Shown here in pieces: positions 1-10,709 of a stretch of 64,000 bases of DNA. Origin of the DNA: Candidatus Eiseniibacteriota bacterium (GTDB lineage: Bacteria > Eisenbacteria > RBG-16-71-46 > CAIMUX01 > VGJL01). The translations under genes and the position numbers were made by a program. Every line of letters starts with the position of its first letter. Position 1 is the first letter of the stretch. The notes under the pieces are model-generated. The model was given only the letters and a program-made list of their open reading frames with translations, did not search any database and had not been told where the DNA came from. The stretch is from NCBI GenBank assembly GCA_963792585.1, contig CAWBWI010000001.1, positions 832,001-896,000 of the forward strand, read 5' to 3'.

Positions 1-89
1 GCGCTGCCGCCCGCCATCTCCACGGCGCGAGCCGATTCCCGCTCGCAGTTGCTCCCGGGAAGCTCCAGGATCGCGATCGCGCGCCTCAT
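1..89 (-). CDS. purQ: Phosphoribosylformylglycinamidine synthase glutaminase subunit, 5' end only (runs off window)
   Basis: Manual translation MRRAIAILELPGSNCERESARAVEMAGGS matches the PurQ N-terminal PGSNC motif; the ATG overlaps the purL stop (ATGA, 86-89). Confidence 0.85.
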   Translation of the reverse strand, partial: MRRAIAILELPGSNCERESARAVEMAGGS

Positions 90-2441
90 CGGGTCTCACC
101 CTCGATCCAGCCACCCAACTTTTCGGACCAGGCGCGCCAGACCGGTTCGACGGCGAGATCGAAGACCGTTCGCCCCGCCGATTGCAGACCCAACCGAGGC
201 GTTTCCGTAACCCTTCCGATTCTCCACGCGGCGGCTCCGCCGCGCTCGAGAGACTGAATGAATCGCTGTTCGTTCTCCGAACGCACTTCCAGCAGGAATC
301 CCCCCGTCTCGTCGAAGAGCGCCTCCAGCCACGGGATCGGCAGGGCGTCGAGATCGCACGCGAGCCCGAGGCCGGTGGCTCCCTCCTCGCGCCAGAGCAG
401 CTCGAGCATGCCGGCGAGGAGTCCCCCTTCCGCGAAATCGTGGGCAGATACGACCAACCCCGCCTCGATCGCGGCGAGGACCGCGAGGATCCGCGTCCGT
501 TCCTGCGTCAGGTCCGGGCGTGGCGTCGTGCCCTTGCCCCCGAGGATATCGAGCGCGGGATTGCCGCCCCATCCCCGCGTGAACGACCCGACAAGGTAGA
601 CGCCGTTTCCCGGCGCCGTCAGTTGCGGTCGGAGTGCCCGCCTCCAGTCCGCGATGGCGCCGAAGCAGGCCAGAATCGGCGTGGGCCGGATCCTTCGTCC
701 GCTCGCCGACTGATTGTAGAACGAGACGTTCCCGGAGACGATCGGGAGGGCATGCCCACCGTCGCCCGGGAGGCCCAGCGTCACGCAGGCGTCGCGCATG
801 CCGAGCAGACACTGCTCGAATTCCCACAGACACTCCGGGTCCTCCGGAGAGCCGAAGTTCATACAATCGGTCATGGCCAGCGGTCGCGCGCCGACGGCGA
901 CGATGTTGCGGATCGACTCGGCGACGGTGGCCGCCGCCCCGTGGTACGGATCGAGATCGCACCAGCGTGCGTTGCCGTCGAGGCTCACCGCGACGCCGAT
1001 CCTGCTTCCCGGAATGGGGCGGCAGACGCCGGCATCGGCCTCCCCCGGGCGAATCAACGCCTCTCCCCGCACCTCCGCATCGTAGTGCCGGTAGACGTGG
1101 GCGCGGCTGCATAGAAGGGGATGGGCCATGAACGCGCGCACGAACGCGTCCCAGTCCGTCGGCTCCCGCAGGACGCCGGGATCGGTCGCAACGGCGCGCG
1201 CCCGCGTGGGGCGCTCCAGGACAGGCGATTCGTCCAAGATCGATATCGGGAGATCGACCACGACCTCCCCTTTCCAGGCGGCCCGGTAGCGTCCGTCGTC
1301 GGTGACCCGGCCGATCACGGCGGCGCAGGCGCCCGGGTAGACCCCCGGAAGATCGAAGTCCTCGTTGTAGATCGCCAACACCTCCGGGACGATCCGCTCC
1401 GGCAGGGCCCATACGAAGCGCTCTTGTGTCTCGGCGACGAGGAGGTGTTCGGGCAGCGGCAGTTCCTCGGCGTGGGGAACATCTCCGAGATCGATCAACG
1501 CGCCGAAGCCGCCTGCGACGACCAAGTTCCGAGGATGCTCCCGCCAATCCGCCGGCTCCGAGATCCTTGAAGCCCACCTCGCAGTTTCGTGCGGCGAGCA
1601 GTTCCCAGACGGACCTCGTCGCCTCGACGAGCACCCGCTTCAAGAAGGGATCGTGGATCTGCACCGCGCCCATGTTCGCGTCGGCCGCGCCGGCGTCCAG
1701 GACCTTCGAGGCGAAGGAGGCTCCCCCGAGCCCCGATCGATCGGTCGGCTTCCCGATCAGGACCAGGAGGTACGGCTCGCTCTTCGCGGCTTGCGGAACG
1801 CGGCTGCGCAGGATCCGGTCGACCGGCGCGACGCCGAGCGCCACGACGTTGACCAGGCAGTTGTCGTCGTAGCACGGGTCGAAGCCGACGTCCCCGCCGA
1901 GATTGGGAACGCCCAGGGCGTTGCCGTACTCCCAGATCCCCCGGACGACACCCCGCGCGATCGCGCGGCCCGTCTCGCCGTTGGCCCCGTCCAAGTCGCC
2001 GAATCGGAGGCCGTCCAGGACCCCGATCACGTCGGCCCCCATGCAGTAGACATCCCGGACGATTCCGCCGATTCCCGTCGCAGCCCCCTCGACCGGGAGG
2101 AGCTGCGAGGGGTGATTGTGACTCTCGTGGGCGACCACGAGCGCCCAACGCCTCCCGTCGACCGCGCCAAGATCGACGACCCCTGCATCTTCCCCGGGCC
2201 CCAGGATCACGTGGGGCGCGAGCGGCGGCAACAGGCTCCGCAGGAATCGCCGACTGCTCTTGTAGGAGCAGTGCTCGCTGTAGGCCACGTCGAAGAGGAA
2301 CGCCTCGGGCACGGTCAGGTCGCGTCCCAGCCGGCCGACCACCTCGAGGAGCTCGTCGGGTTCCGCGCGGATTCCATGACGCGCGAGCTGGGAACGGATC
2401 GTTTCTCTCGGGACACCCTGGAAGCGGATCGTTTCGCTCAA
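86..2441 (-). CDS. purL: Phosphoribosylformylglycinamidine synthase subunit PurL (small type), with one apparent frameshift near 1525
   Basis: The N half (SEHCSYKSS, ESHNHPS, GAATGIGGIVRD, DLGAGG) is in ORF 96..3053 and the C half (ETQER, DCMNFGSPE, VSGNVSFYN, HDFAEGG) in ORF 86..1525. TTG start overlaps the purB stop; alternative GTG at 2453. Confidence 0.93.
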
Positions 2442-3748
2442 GCTCTCCCCCACGGCGTCGTCAGCACGCGCTGGAATACCGCATCGAGGTTGCGCAGGAA
2501 GGACGTGACATCGAACAGTGCGGCGAGACCCTCCTCGCCGATTGCGGCGCGAACCTCCGGATCGGCATCGAGCCGGGCCCGGAAGGAATCCCCCGCCTCC
2601 CATGCGGCCATCGCATGACCCTGCACGATGCGGTACGCCGCCTCCCGATCTCCGAGCGCCTCGGTGAGCGCCAGCAGGACCTTCTGCGAGAAGACGAGAC
2701 CCCCGGTGAGGTCGAGGTTGCGGGCCATCGCGGACGGTCGTACGACGAGGCCGTCGATGACGAACCGCATCCGGTCGATCATGTAGTCGAGCACGGTGAA
2801 CGCGTCCGTGAAGACGACGCGCTCGGCCGAGGAGTGGCTGATGTCCCGCTCGTGCCACAGGGCAACGTTCTCGAATCCGACAACCGCGAAGCCCCGCAAG
2901 AGACGGGCGAGTCCCGAGATCCTCTCGCAGACGACCGGATTGCGCTTGTGCGGCATCGCCGAGGAGCCCTTCTGGCCCTTTCCGAACGGCTCCTCGACCT
3001 CGCGCACCTCGGTCCGCTGCAGGTGGCGGATCTCGGTCGCGATCCGGTCGCACGTCGCGCCCACGCCGGCAAGCACCGCGAGCATGTGCGCGTGGCGGTC
3101 ACGCGGCACGACCTGGGTCGCGACCGGCTCGGCGCGCAGACCGAGCCGCTCCATCACCCGTTCCTCCATCGCCGGATCGAGGTGCGCCGCGGTCCCCACG
3201 GCGCCCGAGAGCTTTCCCCATCGGATGCCCGCCCGCGCCTCTTCGAGACGCCGCGCCTGTCGTTCGCACTCCGAAAACCAACCGAGCACCTTGAACCCGA
3301 AGGTGATCGGCTCGGCGTGCACGCCGTGGGTGCGGCCGACCATCGGTAGGGCGCTGTGCTTCACCGCGAGTTCCCGGATCGATGCCCCCACCGCCTCCCA
3401 GGCCGGCAAGATCAGCCCCATGGCTTCATCGAGCTGGATCGCCTGCGCCGTGTCGACGAGGTCCGAGGAAGTCATTCCATAGTGGAGCCACTTCTTCTCG
3501 GGCCCGAGTTCCTCCGTGATGCTGGTCAGGAAGGCGATCACATCGTGCTGGAGGGTCGCTTCCAGCTCGTCGATCCGATCGGGGCGGATACGGGCCTTGG
3601 CCCGCACCGCCGCGGCGGTGCCCGCGGGGGCGATTCCACGCTCCTCGAGAGTATCGAGGTGCGCCGTCTCCACCCGCAACCAGATCCCGAAGCGGTTTGT
3701 ATCCGAGAAGAGCCGCCCCATCTCTACACGCGTGTAACGGGAAATCAT
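2438..3748 (-). CDS. purB: Adenylosuccinate lyase
   Basis: MISRY start, HDVIAF, GRTHGVHAEP and the signature SSAMPHKRNP; 436 aa; ATGA overlap with the upstream gene. Confidence 0.97.
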   Translation of the reverse strand: MISRYTRVEMGRLFSDTNRFGIWLRVETAHLDTLEERGIAPAGTAAAVRAKARIRPDRIDELEATLQHDVIAFLTSITEELGPEKKWLHYGMTSSDLVDTAQAIQLDEAMGLILPAWEAVGASIRELAVKHSALPMVGRTHGVHAEPITFGFKVLGWFSECERQARRLEEARAGIRWGKLSGAVGTAAHLDPAMEERVMERLGLRAEPVATQVVPRDRHAHMLAVLAGVGATCDRIATEIRHLQRTEVREVEEPFGKGQKGSSAMPHKRNPVVCERISGLARLLRGFAVVGFENVALWHERDISHSSAERVVFTDAFTVLDYMIDRMRFVIDGLVVRPSAMARNLDLTGGLVFSQKVLLALTEALGDREAAYRIVQGHAMAAWEAGDSFRARLDADPEVRAAIGEEGLAALFDVTSFLRNLDAVFQRVLTTPWGRA

Positions 3749-5034
3749 GGCGTTTGGTGCTCCCGTTTCGGCTGCACTTCGAGCCGGAAGCGGATATCGC
3801 GCATGGCGCCGTCGCGCTCGATACCCAGGGTGACCATATCTCCGATCGAGGAGCCGAAGATCAGGCGGTTCGCCTGATTGATGGTCCAGACTTCTTCGCC
3901 GTTGATCTTGCGGATGATGTCGCCGACATGGACAGCGGCCCGGTCGGCGGGGCTTGCCTCCTCGAGCTCGGCGACGATCAGCCCCTTGCGATTCTGGATG
4001 TTCAGGTAGGCCGCCAGGTAGGGGGTGATCTCGCGCAGAACGACCCCGGTCCAGACGCGCCGGACCTCGCCGTACTGCAGGATCTCGCGCACGACCCTCA
4101 CCGCGACGTTGATCGGAATGGCGAAGCCGATCCCCAGCGAACCGCCCGACTCGGTGAAGATGAAGGTGTTGACCCCGATCACCTTCGCGTCGCTGTTGAC
4201 GAGGGGCCCGCCGGAGTTGCCCGGATTGATCGCCGCGTCCGTCTGGATCATGTTCTTGTAGATGCCGGTCGTCCCCTCGGACGGTTTGATGTCGCGTCCC
4301 ACCGCGCTCACCACCCCGACACTCACGCTCGGCTTGTACTCGTTCAGAAGGAACCCGAACGGATTGCCGATCGCGATCGCCCACTCGCCGACCATGATGT
4401 CATCGGAGTCGCCGATCTGCGCTACGGGCAGATCCCCTCCGTTGACCTTGACGACGGCGAGGTCGTAGTTCGGGTCGGATCCAACGAGCCGGGCATCGAA
4501 CGTCCGGCCGTCGGTCAGGGTGACCTTGATCTGCTCCGCCTCGTGGACCACGTGCTCATTGGTCAGAATCACGCCGGAGCGATCGATGATCACCCCCGAT
4601 CCGAGAGCGGGGACCTGCTCCTTGTAGAGGGGGCCCGAAAGGTACCGATCGAAGAAGAGCCCGAACGGATCTCCCGGAACGCGTCCGCGGACGTACCTGG
4701 CCTGAATCACGCTGATCGACACCACGGCGGGGCCGACCGATTCGGCCGCCCTCACGATCGCACTGCGCCTGCTATCCTCGATCGAGAGCGACGGGACCTC
4801 GATGACCGACGGGTTGCTCGGAGGCGCCCCGGTCGATGAGGTGTCGGGCGTCGCCGTTGGGATCGCATTCGCGCCGTTCGGCGCGCTGCGGACGATGCGC
4901 GGCGCGCCGCCCTTCCCGCTGCCGACCCACCACACCCCCAGGCCCCCGCCCACGATCCCCGCGAGGAAAAGCAGGATGGGCAGAAGACGGCCCGTGCCGC
5001 GTCCCCTGCCCTCTCCCTTTGGAAATGCGCTCAC
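3745..5034 (-). CDS. HtrA/DegS-family serine protease with N-terminal TM helix and one PDZ domain
   Basis: Triad motifs LTNEHVV, DLAVVK and IQTDAAINPGNSGG; C-terminal PDZ (SPADRAAVHVGDII). Confidence 0.93.
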   Translation of the reverse strand: MSAFPKGEGRGRGTGRLLPILLFLAGIVGGGLGVWWVGSGKGGAPRIVRSAPNGANAIPTATPDTSSTGAPPSNPSVIEVPSLSIEDSRRSAIVRAAESVGPAVVSISVIQARYVRGRVPGDPFGLFFDRYLSGPLYKEQVPALGSGVIIDRSGVILTNEHVVHEAEQIKVTLTDGRTFDARLVGSDPNYDLAVVKVNGGDLPVAQIGDSDDIMVGEWAIAIGNPFGFLLNEYKPSVSVGVVSAVGRDIKPSEGTTGIYKNMIQTDAAINPGNSGGPLVNSDAKVIGVNTFIFTESGGSLGIGFAIPINVAVRVVREILQYGEVRRVWTGVVLREITPYLAAYLNIQNRKGLIVAELEEASPADRAAVHVGDIIRKINGEEVWTINQANRLIFGSSIGDMVTLGIERDGAMRDIRFRLEVQPKREHQTP

Positions 5035-5040
5035 CTTTTC

Positions 5041-5700
5041 CTAGACCTCCCGGTTACGTGCCTCGACCTTGCGCCAGTCCTCCAGGAATTGCTGGATCCC
5101 CTTGTCGGTCAGCGGATGGCGAAACAGCATCTCGAAGACCGAGACGGGCATGGTCGCCACGTTCGCTCCGGCGCGCGCCGCCTCGACGACATGGATGGGG
5201 TGACGGATGCTCGCCGCGAGGACCTCGGTCTCGAAATCATGCACCGCATAGATCTCGATGATCTGGCGCATGACCTCCAGGCCGTCCTGGGCGACGTCGT
5301 CGATCCTGCCCACGAAGGGACTCACGAAGCTCGCTCCGGCCTTGGCTACCAGGAGAGCTTGGGTCGGGCTGAAGACGAGGGTCGCGTTGGTCGGAATCCG
5401 CTCCTTCGAGAGAAGGTGGATTGCGCGCACCCCTTCGCGCGACATCGGGATCTTCACGACGATATTGGGGGCGATCTTGACCAGATCGCGCCCTTCTCGG
5501 ACCATTCCCTCGGCGTCTTCTGCGACCACCTCGGCGCTGACGGGGCCTGGGACGATCTCGCAAATCGTCTTGAGGGTATCGCGCCAGGATCCTGGTTCCT
5601 TCGAGAGCAGGGTCGGATTGGTGGTCACGCCGTCGATCACCCCGAGGTCCACGCAGGAGCGGATCTGATCCGGGTTGGCGGTGTCGAGAAAGATCTTCAT
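5041..5700 (-). CDS. Transaldolase / fructose-6-phosphate aldolase family (short type)
   Basis: MKIFLDTAN, GVTTNPTL, VVKIP, SPFVGRIDD, AASIR; RBS GGGAGG upstream. Confidence 0.93.
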   Translation of the reverse strand: MKIFLDTANPDQIRSCVDLGVIDGVTTNPTLLSKEPGSWRDTLKTICEIVPGPVSAEVVAEDAEGMVREGRDLVKIAPNIVVKIPMSREGVRAIHLLSKERIPTNATLVFSPTQALLVAKAGASFVSPFVGRIDDVAQDGLEVMRQIIEIYAVHDFETEVLAASIRHPIHVVEAARAGANVATMPVSVFEMLFRHPLTDKGIQQFLEDWRKVEARNREV

Positions 5701-5728
5701 CAGTTCGTCGTCCTCCCTGGGAAATCGC

Positions 5729-5757
5729 AGGATAGCACAGCGGCTCCGGCCGTGAAA
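5729..5757 (-). promoter_or_regulatory. Putative sigma70 promoter for the transaldolase-htrA-purB-purL-purQ operon
   Basis: Minus strand TTTCAC-N17-TATCCT with extended -10 TG (TGcTATCCT). Confidence 0.5.
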
Positions 5758-5861
5758 CGGCCCGAAAGGAGCGCGGATCAACGCTTCGCGACCCACGCTG
5801 CGCGGCTAGCCGCTCGTCCCCTGCTTCCGGTCGGCGATCGTGGAAGCGGGGGATCGCCGGG

Positions 5862-7094
5862 TCAGCCGCCGGATCTTCGCCGCACCCTGATCCACAGGGC
5901 CGCGAGCATTCCCCCCGCGAAGATCGGCAAGACCGCATCGACGAGCGCGAATCGGTATCGCACGCTCGGGACTGACACGACGTGCACTAGGCACATGAGG
6001 AACAACACCAGGGCCGTTGCGCGCGCGAAACGCTCACGCCGCCGCGCGGCCCATGCGAGACCCGCAACGCCGATCGGGAAGAGGATCGTGTATCCGGTGA
6101 ACGCGAGCGCGAACCGAATCGCTCCGCCGCGCGCTTCCGGCAGCAGTTTGAAGAACTTCTCCGCCCGGACAGCAGAGATCTTCAAGAATCGCGCAGGGTC
6201 ATCGATGATGATGCGCCGAGCCTCCCGGCCGAACCATCCCGGAGGCTCCTCCCGGATCTTCCGGTACTCGGCGATGTCCCACTCCTGCCCGAGCGGAATC
6301 TCTCCTTCGTAGAAGACCCGCTCCGCCCATCCCGGCGCATTCCCCAGGTAGAGCGTGAACTCCCCCGTCGTCGCCACGGGGACCCAGGCGCCGGTCATGG
6401 CGGCGCCGCGCGCGATCCAGGGCAAGACCACGACGAGGACGCCCGCCGCGAAGAGCGCCGTCCGGCGCAGCGGCTGCCGGACCCCGCCTTCGCGCAGGAG
6501 GAGCGCACCGGCCAGAACCGGAGCGACCAGCAACGGAGTCGGGCGACAGAGAATCGCCAGACCGAGCAATCCACCGCACGCGCACGCCCACCCCGGCGCG
6601 TTCCCGCGCGCGCGCGAGAAGGCGTAGAAGGCGCCGACGTAGAGTGCAATGAACAGCGACTCGGTGAGAAGCTCCGCGGTCTGCATGATAAGCAGGGGAT
6701 TGCCTGCGAAGAGCAGCCCCGCAATCCATGCAGCCCGCCGGCCATAGGCGCGCCCGGCGATCGCGGAGACCATCAACGCGCTGCCCGTGGCCAGAAGCGC
6801 CTGGACCACCCGCACGGCGGTCATCCCCGTCCCGAAGATCGCGTAGAGGGCGGTCAGGAACCACGGATAGAGGGGCGGTCGAAAGAGCGACTCGGTTGCG
6901 TTGGCCGCATCCGGCGCCCATCCCCGCCCGGACAGGAGGTCGCGCGCCAACGCCTGATACTGAAGCGAATCGGGGTTCGTCGGACCGATCAAGCCGAAAC
7001 GGTCTCCGAGCAGGACATAGAGGAGGCGCGGCACCAGGGCGGCAAGCGCCACGACGATCCAGAGCCGCGCGTCGCGGAAACGGTACCCGCTCAT
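5862..7094 (-). CDS. GT-C membrane glycosyltransferase (ArnT/PMT_2, GT39/83-like)
   Basis: Polytopic; PDSLQY, RPPLYP, LLTESL, LYLGN and RYR motifs; ATG overlaps the truA stop. Confidence 0.8.
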   Translation of the reverse strand: MSGYRFRDARLWIVVALAALVPRLLYVLLGDRFGLIGPTNPDSLQYQALARDLLSGRGWAPDAANATESLFRPPLYPWFLTALYAIFGTGMTAVRVVQALLATGSALMVSAIAGRAYGRRAAWIAGLLFAGNPLLIMQTAELLTESLFIALYVGAFYAFSRARGNAPGWACACGGLLGLAILCRPTPLLVAPVLAGALLLREGGVRQPLRRTALFAAGVLVVVLPWIARGAAMTGAWVPVATTGEFTLYLGNAPGWAERVFYEGEIPLGQEWDIAEYRKIREEPPGWFGREARRIIIDDPARFLKISAVRAEKFFKLLPEARGGAIRFALAFTGYTILFPIGVAGLAWAARRRERFARATALVLFLMCLVHVVSVPSVRYRFALVDAVLPIFAGGMLAALWIRVRRRSGG

Positions 7095-7849
7095 TTCCGA
7101 TCCCCGGGCCAAGGGGGGTCGTACCCGACCGCCATCAGAGTGAGGCCCGCCGCCGGGGCCGGCGGCGCCGCCTCGCGCCGATCGCCGCCCGCGAGGATCC
7201 GGGCGATCGCGGCCGCGCCTTCCCTTCCCGGGGTCGCCTCGCGGACGAGCGTCCCGACGATCGTCCGCACCATTTTGTAGAGAAACCGGTCCGCGCGCAC
7301 CGTGAAGTGGAATTCGTCCCCGGCGCAATCCCAGTCGACCCGGTCGATCACGCAGATCGGGTGCCCGTTGTCGTCGCTGGCGTTCGCAAAGGCGGTGAAA
7401 TCGTGCAGGCCCGCGAGAGGCGCCGCGGCCGCGCGCAAGAGCGGCAGGCGAACGGCGATCGGAGGATGCCACGCGCGTTCGCGCGTGAGCGCGTTCGGGG
7501 CGAGCGCGAGCCGGTACCGGTAGAGACGCCAGCGGGCGTCGTGCCGCGCGTGGAATCCGGGCGGCGCCTCTTCGATGCGGCGCGCCCTGAGCTCACGGCC
7601 GCAGATTCCGTGAATTCCCGCCGTCACGCGGCGGCAGTCGATTGGATCCTTCGTGGCGAAGGAGACGACCTGGCCGTGCGCGTGCACGCCGCGATCCGTC
7701 CTGCCGGCCGCGGCCGTGCGGATCGGGCTGCGCGTCAGGAGCTGGAGCGCTCGCTCGATCTCTCCCTGAACCGTGCGCACCCGCTCCTGCACCTGCCAAC
7801 CATGGAAGGCGGTCCCGTCGTACTCGAGCAGGATCCGGTAGCTAGGCAT
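7091..7849 (-). CDS. truA: tRNA pseudouridine(38-40) synthase
   Basis: LEYDGTAFHGWQ, AGRTDRGVHA, FHAR, FLYKMVR motifs. Confidence 0.96.
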   Translation of the reverse strand: MPSYRILLEYDGTAFHGWQVQERVRTVQGEIERALQLLTRSPIRTAAAGRTDRGVHAHGQVVSFATKDPIDCRRVTAGIHGICGRELRARRIEEAPPGFHARHDARWRLYRYRLALAPNALTRERAWHPPIAVRLPLLRAAAAPLAGLHDFTAFANASDDNGHPICVIDRVDWDCAGDEFHFTVRADRFLYKMVRTIVGTLVREATPGREGAAAIARILAGGDRREAAPPAPAAGLTLMAVGYDPPWPGDRK

Positions 7850-8870
7850 CTCCCGTTTCTTGGGAATGGAGCAGCGATGCGATCTGCACTGCATTCCATG
7901 CGGCCCCTTTGCGGAGGTTGTCGGAAACGACCCAGAGTTCGGCGATACGGGGATCGCACCGATCGACGCGGATCCTGCCAACGTGGACGCCGTTGTCCCC
8001 CGCAATCGCGCGCGGCGTCGGGTGGGCTTCACTCACAGGATCGCCCTGGACCGTCACGCCCGGCCCGGAGGCCAGAGCGGCGATGAGCTCCGCGCGTGTC
8101 ACCGCGCGCCCGAGCTCTACATGCACCGCTTCCCCGTGGCACACGGCTACGGGCACGCGCACGCAGGTCGGGTGGACCGGCAGGTCGGGCATCGACAGGA
8201 TCCGCCGCGTCTCCCGGATCATCTTCTCTTCCTCGCGACTGAATCCGTCTTCCAGGAGGACGTCGCACTGTGGGATCACATTGCCGTCGATTCCGCATGG
8301 GAACACTCCCGGCGTGCCCGGCTCCCCCGCCCGTTCCGCCTCGAGCTGGGTCACCCCCTTCTGTCCGCGACCGGAAACCGATTGGTAGGTTGCGACGTGC
8401 ACGCGGCGAAGACCGAACGCGCGGGCGAGCGGCGCGAGGGCGACGACCATCTGGATCGTCGAGCAGTTGGGATTGGCGATCGCGCCGCGCTGCCGCGGAA
8501 TCGCTTCCGGGTTGACCTCGGGCACGATCAGGGGGACGAGCGGGTCCATCCGGAAGGCGCTCGAATTGTCGACCGCCCAGATTCCCATCGACGCCGCGCG
8601 CGGAACCCACGTGCGGCTCACCTCGGCCCCCGCGGAGAGGAGCACGAGATCCAGCCCATCGATGCGGGCGGAGGCGAGGTCCTCGATGGTCACCACCGCT
8701 CCCGGCGGGATCTCCCGCGGGACCTCGAGCCCGGCGGAACGCGCGCTGGCGAAGCCGCGCAGGGTAGCGACCGGCATGCCCGACTCCGCAAGGCAGCGGA
8801 TCATCGTTCGTCCCACCGCCCCCGTCGCCCCGATGATCCCCACGTTCCAAGCCTTGCGAGAATCCGTCAT
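7842..8870 (-). CDS. asd: Aspartate-semialdehyde dehydrogenase
   Basis: GATGAVG, DNSSAFRM, ANPNCST (catalytic Cys), TYQSVSG, DNLRKGAA. Confidence 0.96.
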   Translation of the reverse strand: MTDSRKAWNVGIIGATGAVGRTMIRCLAESGMPVATLRGFASARSAGLEVPREIPPGAVVTIEDLASARIDGLDLVLLSAGAEVSRTWVPRAASMGIWAVDNSSAFRMDPLVPLIVPEVNPEAIPRQRGAIANPNCSTIQMVVALAPLARAFGLRRVHVATYQSVSGRGQKGVTQLEAERAGEPGTPGVFPCGIDGNVIPQCDVLLEDGFSREEEKMIRETRRILSMPDLPVHPTCVRVPVAVCHGEAVHVELGRAVTRAELIAALASGPGVTVQGDPVSEAHPTPRAIAGDNGVHVGRIRVDRCDPRIAELWVVSDNLRKGAAWNAVQIASLLHSQETGDA

Positions 8871-9502
8871 CTCGACCCTCCCGATCGAATTGCCCTCACG
8901 AGGATCGTATAGTAGCGTCGCCCGGCTACCCACGGCTCGATCCATTCCCCCGATTGCCCATAGAAGGCGCACTGCCACCCACGACCGAAGAGCCCCTCGA
9001 CCTCGGAGCGGCGGAGCTGGTGCACATGGAATGGGTCGGCGGCCGGCATCCCGCGCCCCCGCCCGAGAGGCGTCGACAGCCAGAGAATCCCCGCTGCGTG
9101 GAACAGACGCTCGATGCCGGTCCAGAACGGCCCCTCGTGATCCAGGTGCTCGAGGACTTCGAACGCGACGACGGCATCGAAGCGGCCGCGTCCGCTCTCC
9201 CAGTCGTGCCGAAGGAGATCGCACGCGGCATAGGTCACCTTCGGGTCGGCGTAGTATCGGCGCGCCAGATCGAGGGCCTCCTCCGACCGGTCGAGGCCGA
9301 CCACCTCTCGGACGGCCGACGCCGCGGCGAGTTCCTGGCAGCCATATCCCGTCCCGCAGCCCAGATCGAGGACGCGGCCCCGCAATGTGCGCGCGACGAG
9401 CCGGTAGCGGGCGCGGTGTTCGGCCAGCATCGGGTCGGAGGCGCGACGCACGGGCGGGAAGATCCGTTCTTCCGTCCGCGGGATCGCCCTCCGCCCCGTC
9501 AC
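8867..9502 (-). CDS. Class I SAM-dependent methyltransferase
   Basis: EHRARY, VLDLGCGTGYG, FEVLEHL, STP, PFHVHQ; GTGA overlap with the upstream stop. Confidence 0.85.
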   Translation of the reverse strand: MTGRRAIPRTEERIFPPVRRASDPMLAEHRARYRLVARTLRGRVLDLGCGTGYGCQELAAASAVREVVGLDRSEEALDLARRYYADPKVTYAACDLLRHDWESGRGRFDAVVAFEVLEHLDHEGPFWTGIERLFHAAGILWLSTPLGRGRGMPAADPFHVHQLRRSEVEGLFGRGWQCAFYGQSGEWIEPWVAGRRYYTILVRAIRSGGSR

Positions 9503-10707
9503 GTTCTCTTTCCCCGCCAGATCATTCGCACCAGGAGCCCCTTCAGATACTCCCCCTGCGGGTGATCGAGGTGCACCGGGTGGTCGCTGCCGGGTCCGAG
9601 GCGCCGTAGCCACTGGCACGATGCGCGCGCGTCGTGCGCAGCCCCGAACAGCACCTTCTGGAACAGGTCGGCCTCCATGTGCTGGGAGCAGGAGAAGGTG
9701 AACAGGAGACCACCGGGGCGCAGCCGCCGCAAGGCCCAGAGGTTCAGGTCCTTGTAGGCTCGGGCGGCTCGATCCACGCTCCCCTTGGCCTTCGCATAGG
9801 CAGGAGGGTCGAGGACGATCGCGTCGAACTCGCGATCTATCTCGCGCAGATACTTGTAGAGGTCCTCGCGCACGAACTCCACCCGGTCCGCGGGCAGGCC
9901 GTTCGTCTCCCAGTGGAGGCGCGCTTCATCGACGGCGGTCGTGCTCGATTCGACCTGCACGACGCTACGCGCCCCGCCCCAGCCCGCGTAGACCCCGAAG
10001 GCCCCCGTGTATGCGAAGCCGTTCAAGATATCGCGGCCGCTCGCGTGGGTACCCAGCAATTGACGGTTCTCGCGTTGATCCAGATAGAAGCCGGTCTTCT
10101 GTCCCTGCGTCAGGTGGACGCGGAAGCGGTGGCCGTTCTCGTGGATCCAGACCGGCAGGGTCGGGAGTTCGCCGTACAGAACCTCACGCCGACCTTCCAG
10201 GGCCGGATCCCGCACGGCCCCCTCCGTTCGATCGATGATCGCCCGCGGTTGAAGCATGTCCACGAGGGTGTCGAGCCACAGCGGCTCGAGCCTGGCCATC
10301 CCCGCCGTCAGGCACTGGACCACGAGGGAGTCTCCGTAGCGATCCACGATCAGGCCGGGCAAGAGATCCCCTTCCGCATTGACGAGCCGGTAGGCGTCGG
10401 TGTGCCGCGTGTCGATCAGCTCCCGCCGCAGCGCCAGGGCTCCCTCGATCTTCTGCCGGAAGAAATCCGCGTCGATCGCCTCGTCGCCCCAGGTCAGAAT
10501 GCGGCAGAGGATCTGGGAGGAACGGTTGAGCGTTCCGCGGGCGATTCGCTCCCCCTCGCTGTCGATCACGTCGCAGACATCCCCGTCCTGCGCCCCCTCG
10601 AGCGACTCAACCGTCTCGACCGCGCCCGAGAAGATCCACGGATGACGCGCCCGCACGGATGCTTCGCGCCCCTTCCTCAGGAAGATCCGGTGCTGAACTT
10701 CCGCCAT
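9499..10707 (-). CDS. rlmI: 23S rRNA m5C1962 methyltransferase RlmI family
   Basis: PUA domain (RHPWIFSG), EGDLLPGL, GQKTGFYLDQRENR, LDPPAY, FSCS, YLKG; RBS GAGGAGG. Confidence 0.9.
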   Translation of the reverse strand: MAEVQHRIFLRKGREASVRARHPWIFSGAVETVESLEGAQDGDVCDVIDSEGERIARGTLNRSSQILCRILTWGDEAIDADFFRQKIEGALALRRELIDTRHTDAYRLVNAEGDLLPGLIVDRYGDSLVVQCLTAGMARLEPLWLDTLVDMLQPRAIIDRTEGAVRDPALEGRREVLYGELPTLPVWIHENGHRFRVHLTQGQKTGFYLDQRENRQLLGTHASGRDILNGFAYTGAFGVYAGWGGARSVVQVESSTTAVDEARLHWETNGLPADRVEFVREDLYKYLREIDREFDAIVLDPPAYAKAKGSVDRAARAYKDLNLWALRRLRPGGLLFTFSCSQHMEADLFQKVLFGAAHDARASCQWLRRLGPGSDHPVHLDHPQGEYLKGLLVRMIWRGKRT

Positions 10708-10709
10708 CG

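Noticed and set aside
96..4384. Apparent N-terminal fusions in the ORF track (purL 96..3053, purB 2438..4384; similarly dapB, accA and the DUF6754-cluster ORFs)
   Set aside because: The extensions are off-frame read-through of the upstream gene; true starts are marked by stop/start overlaps and RBSs
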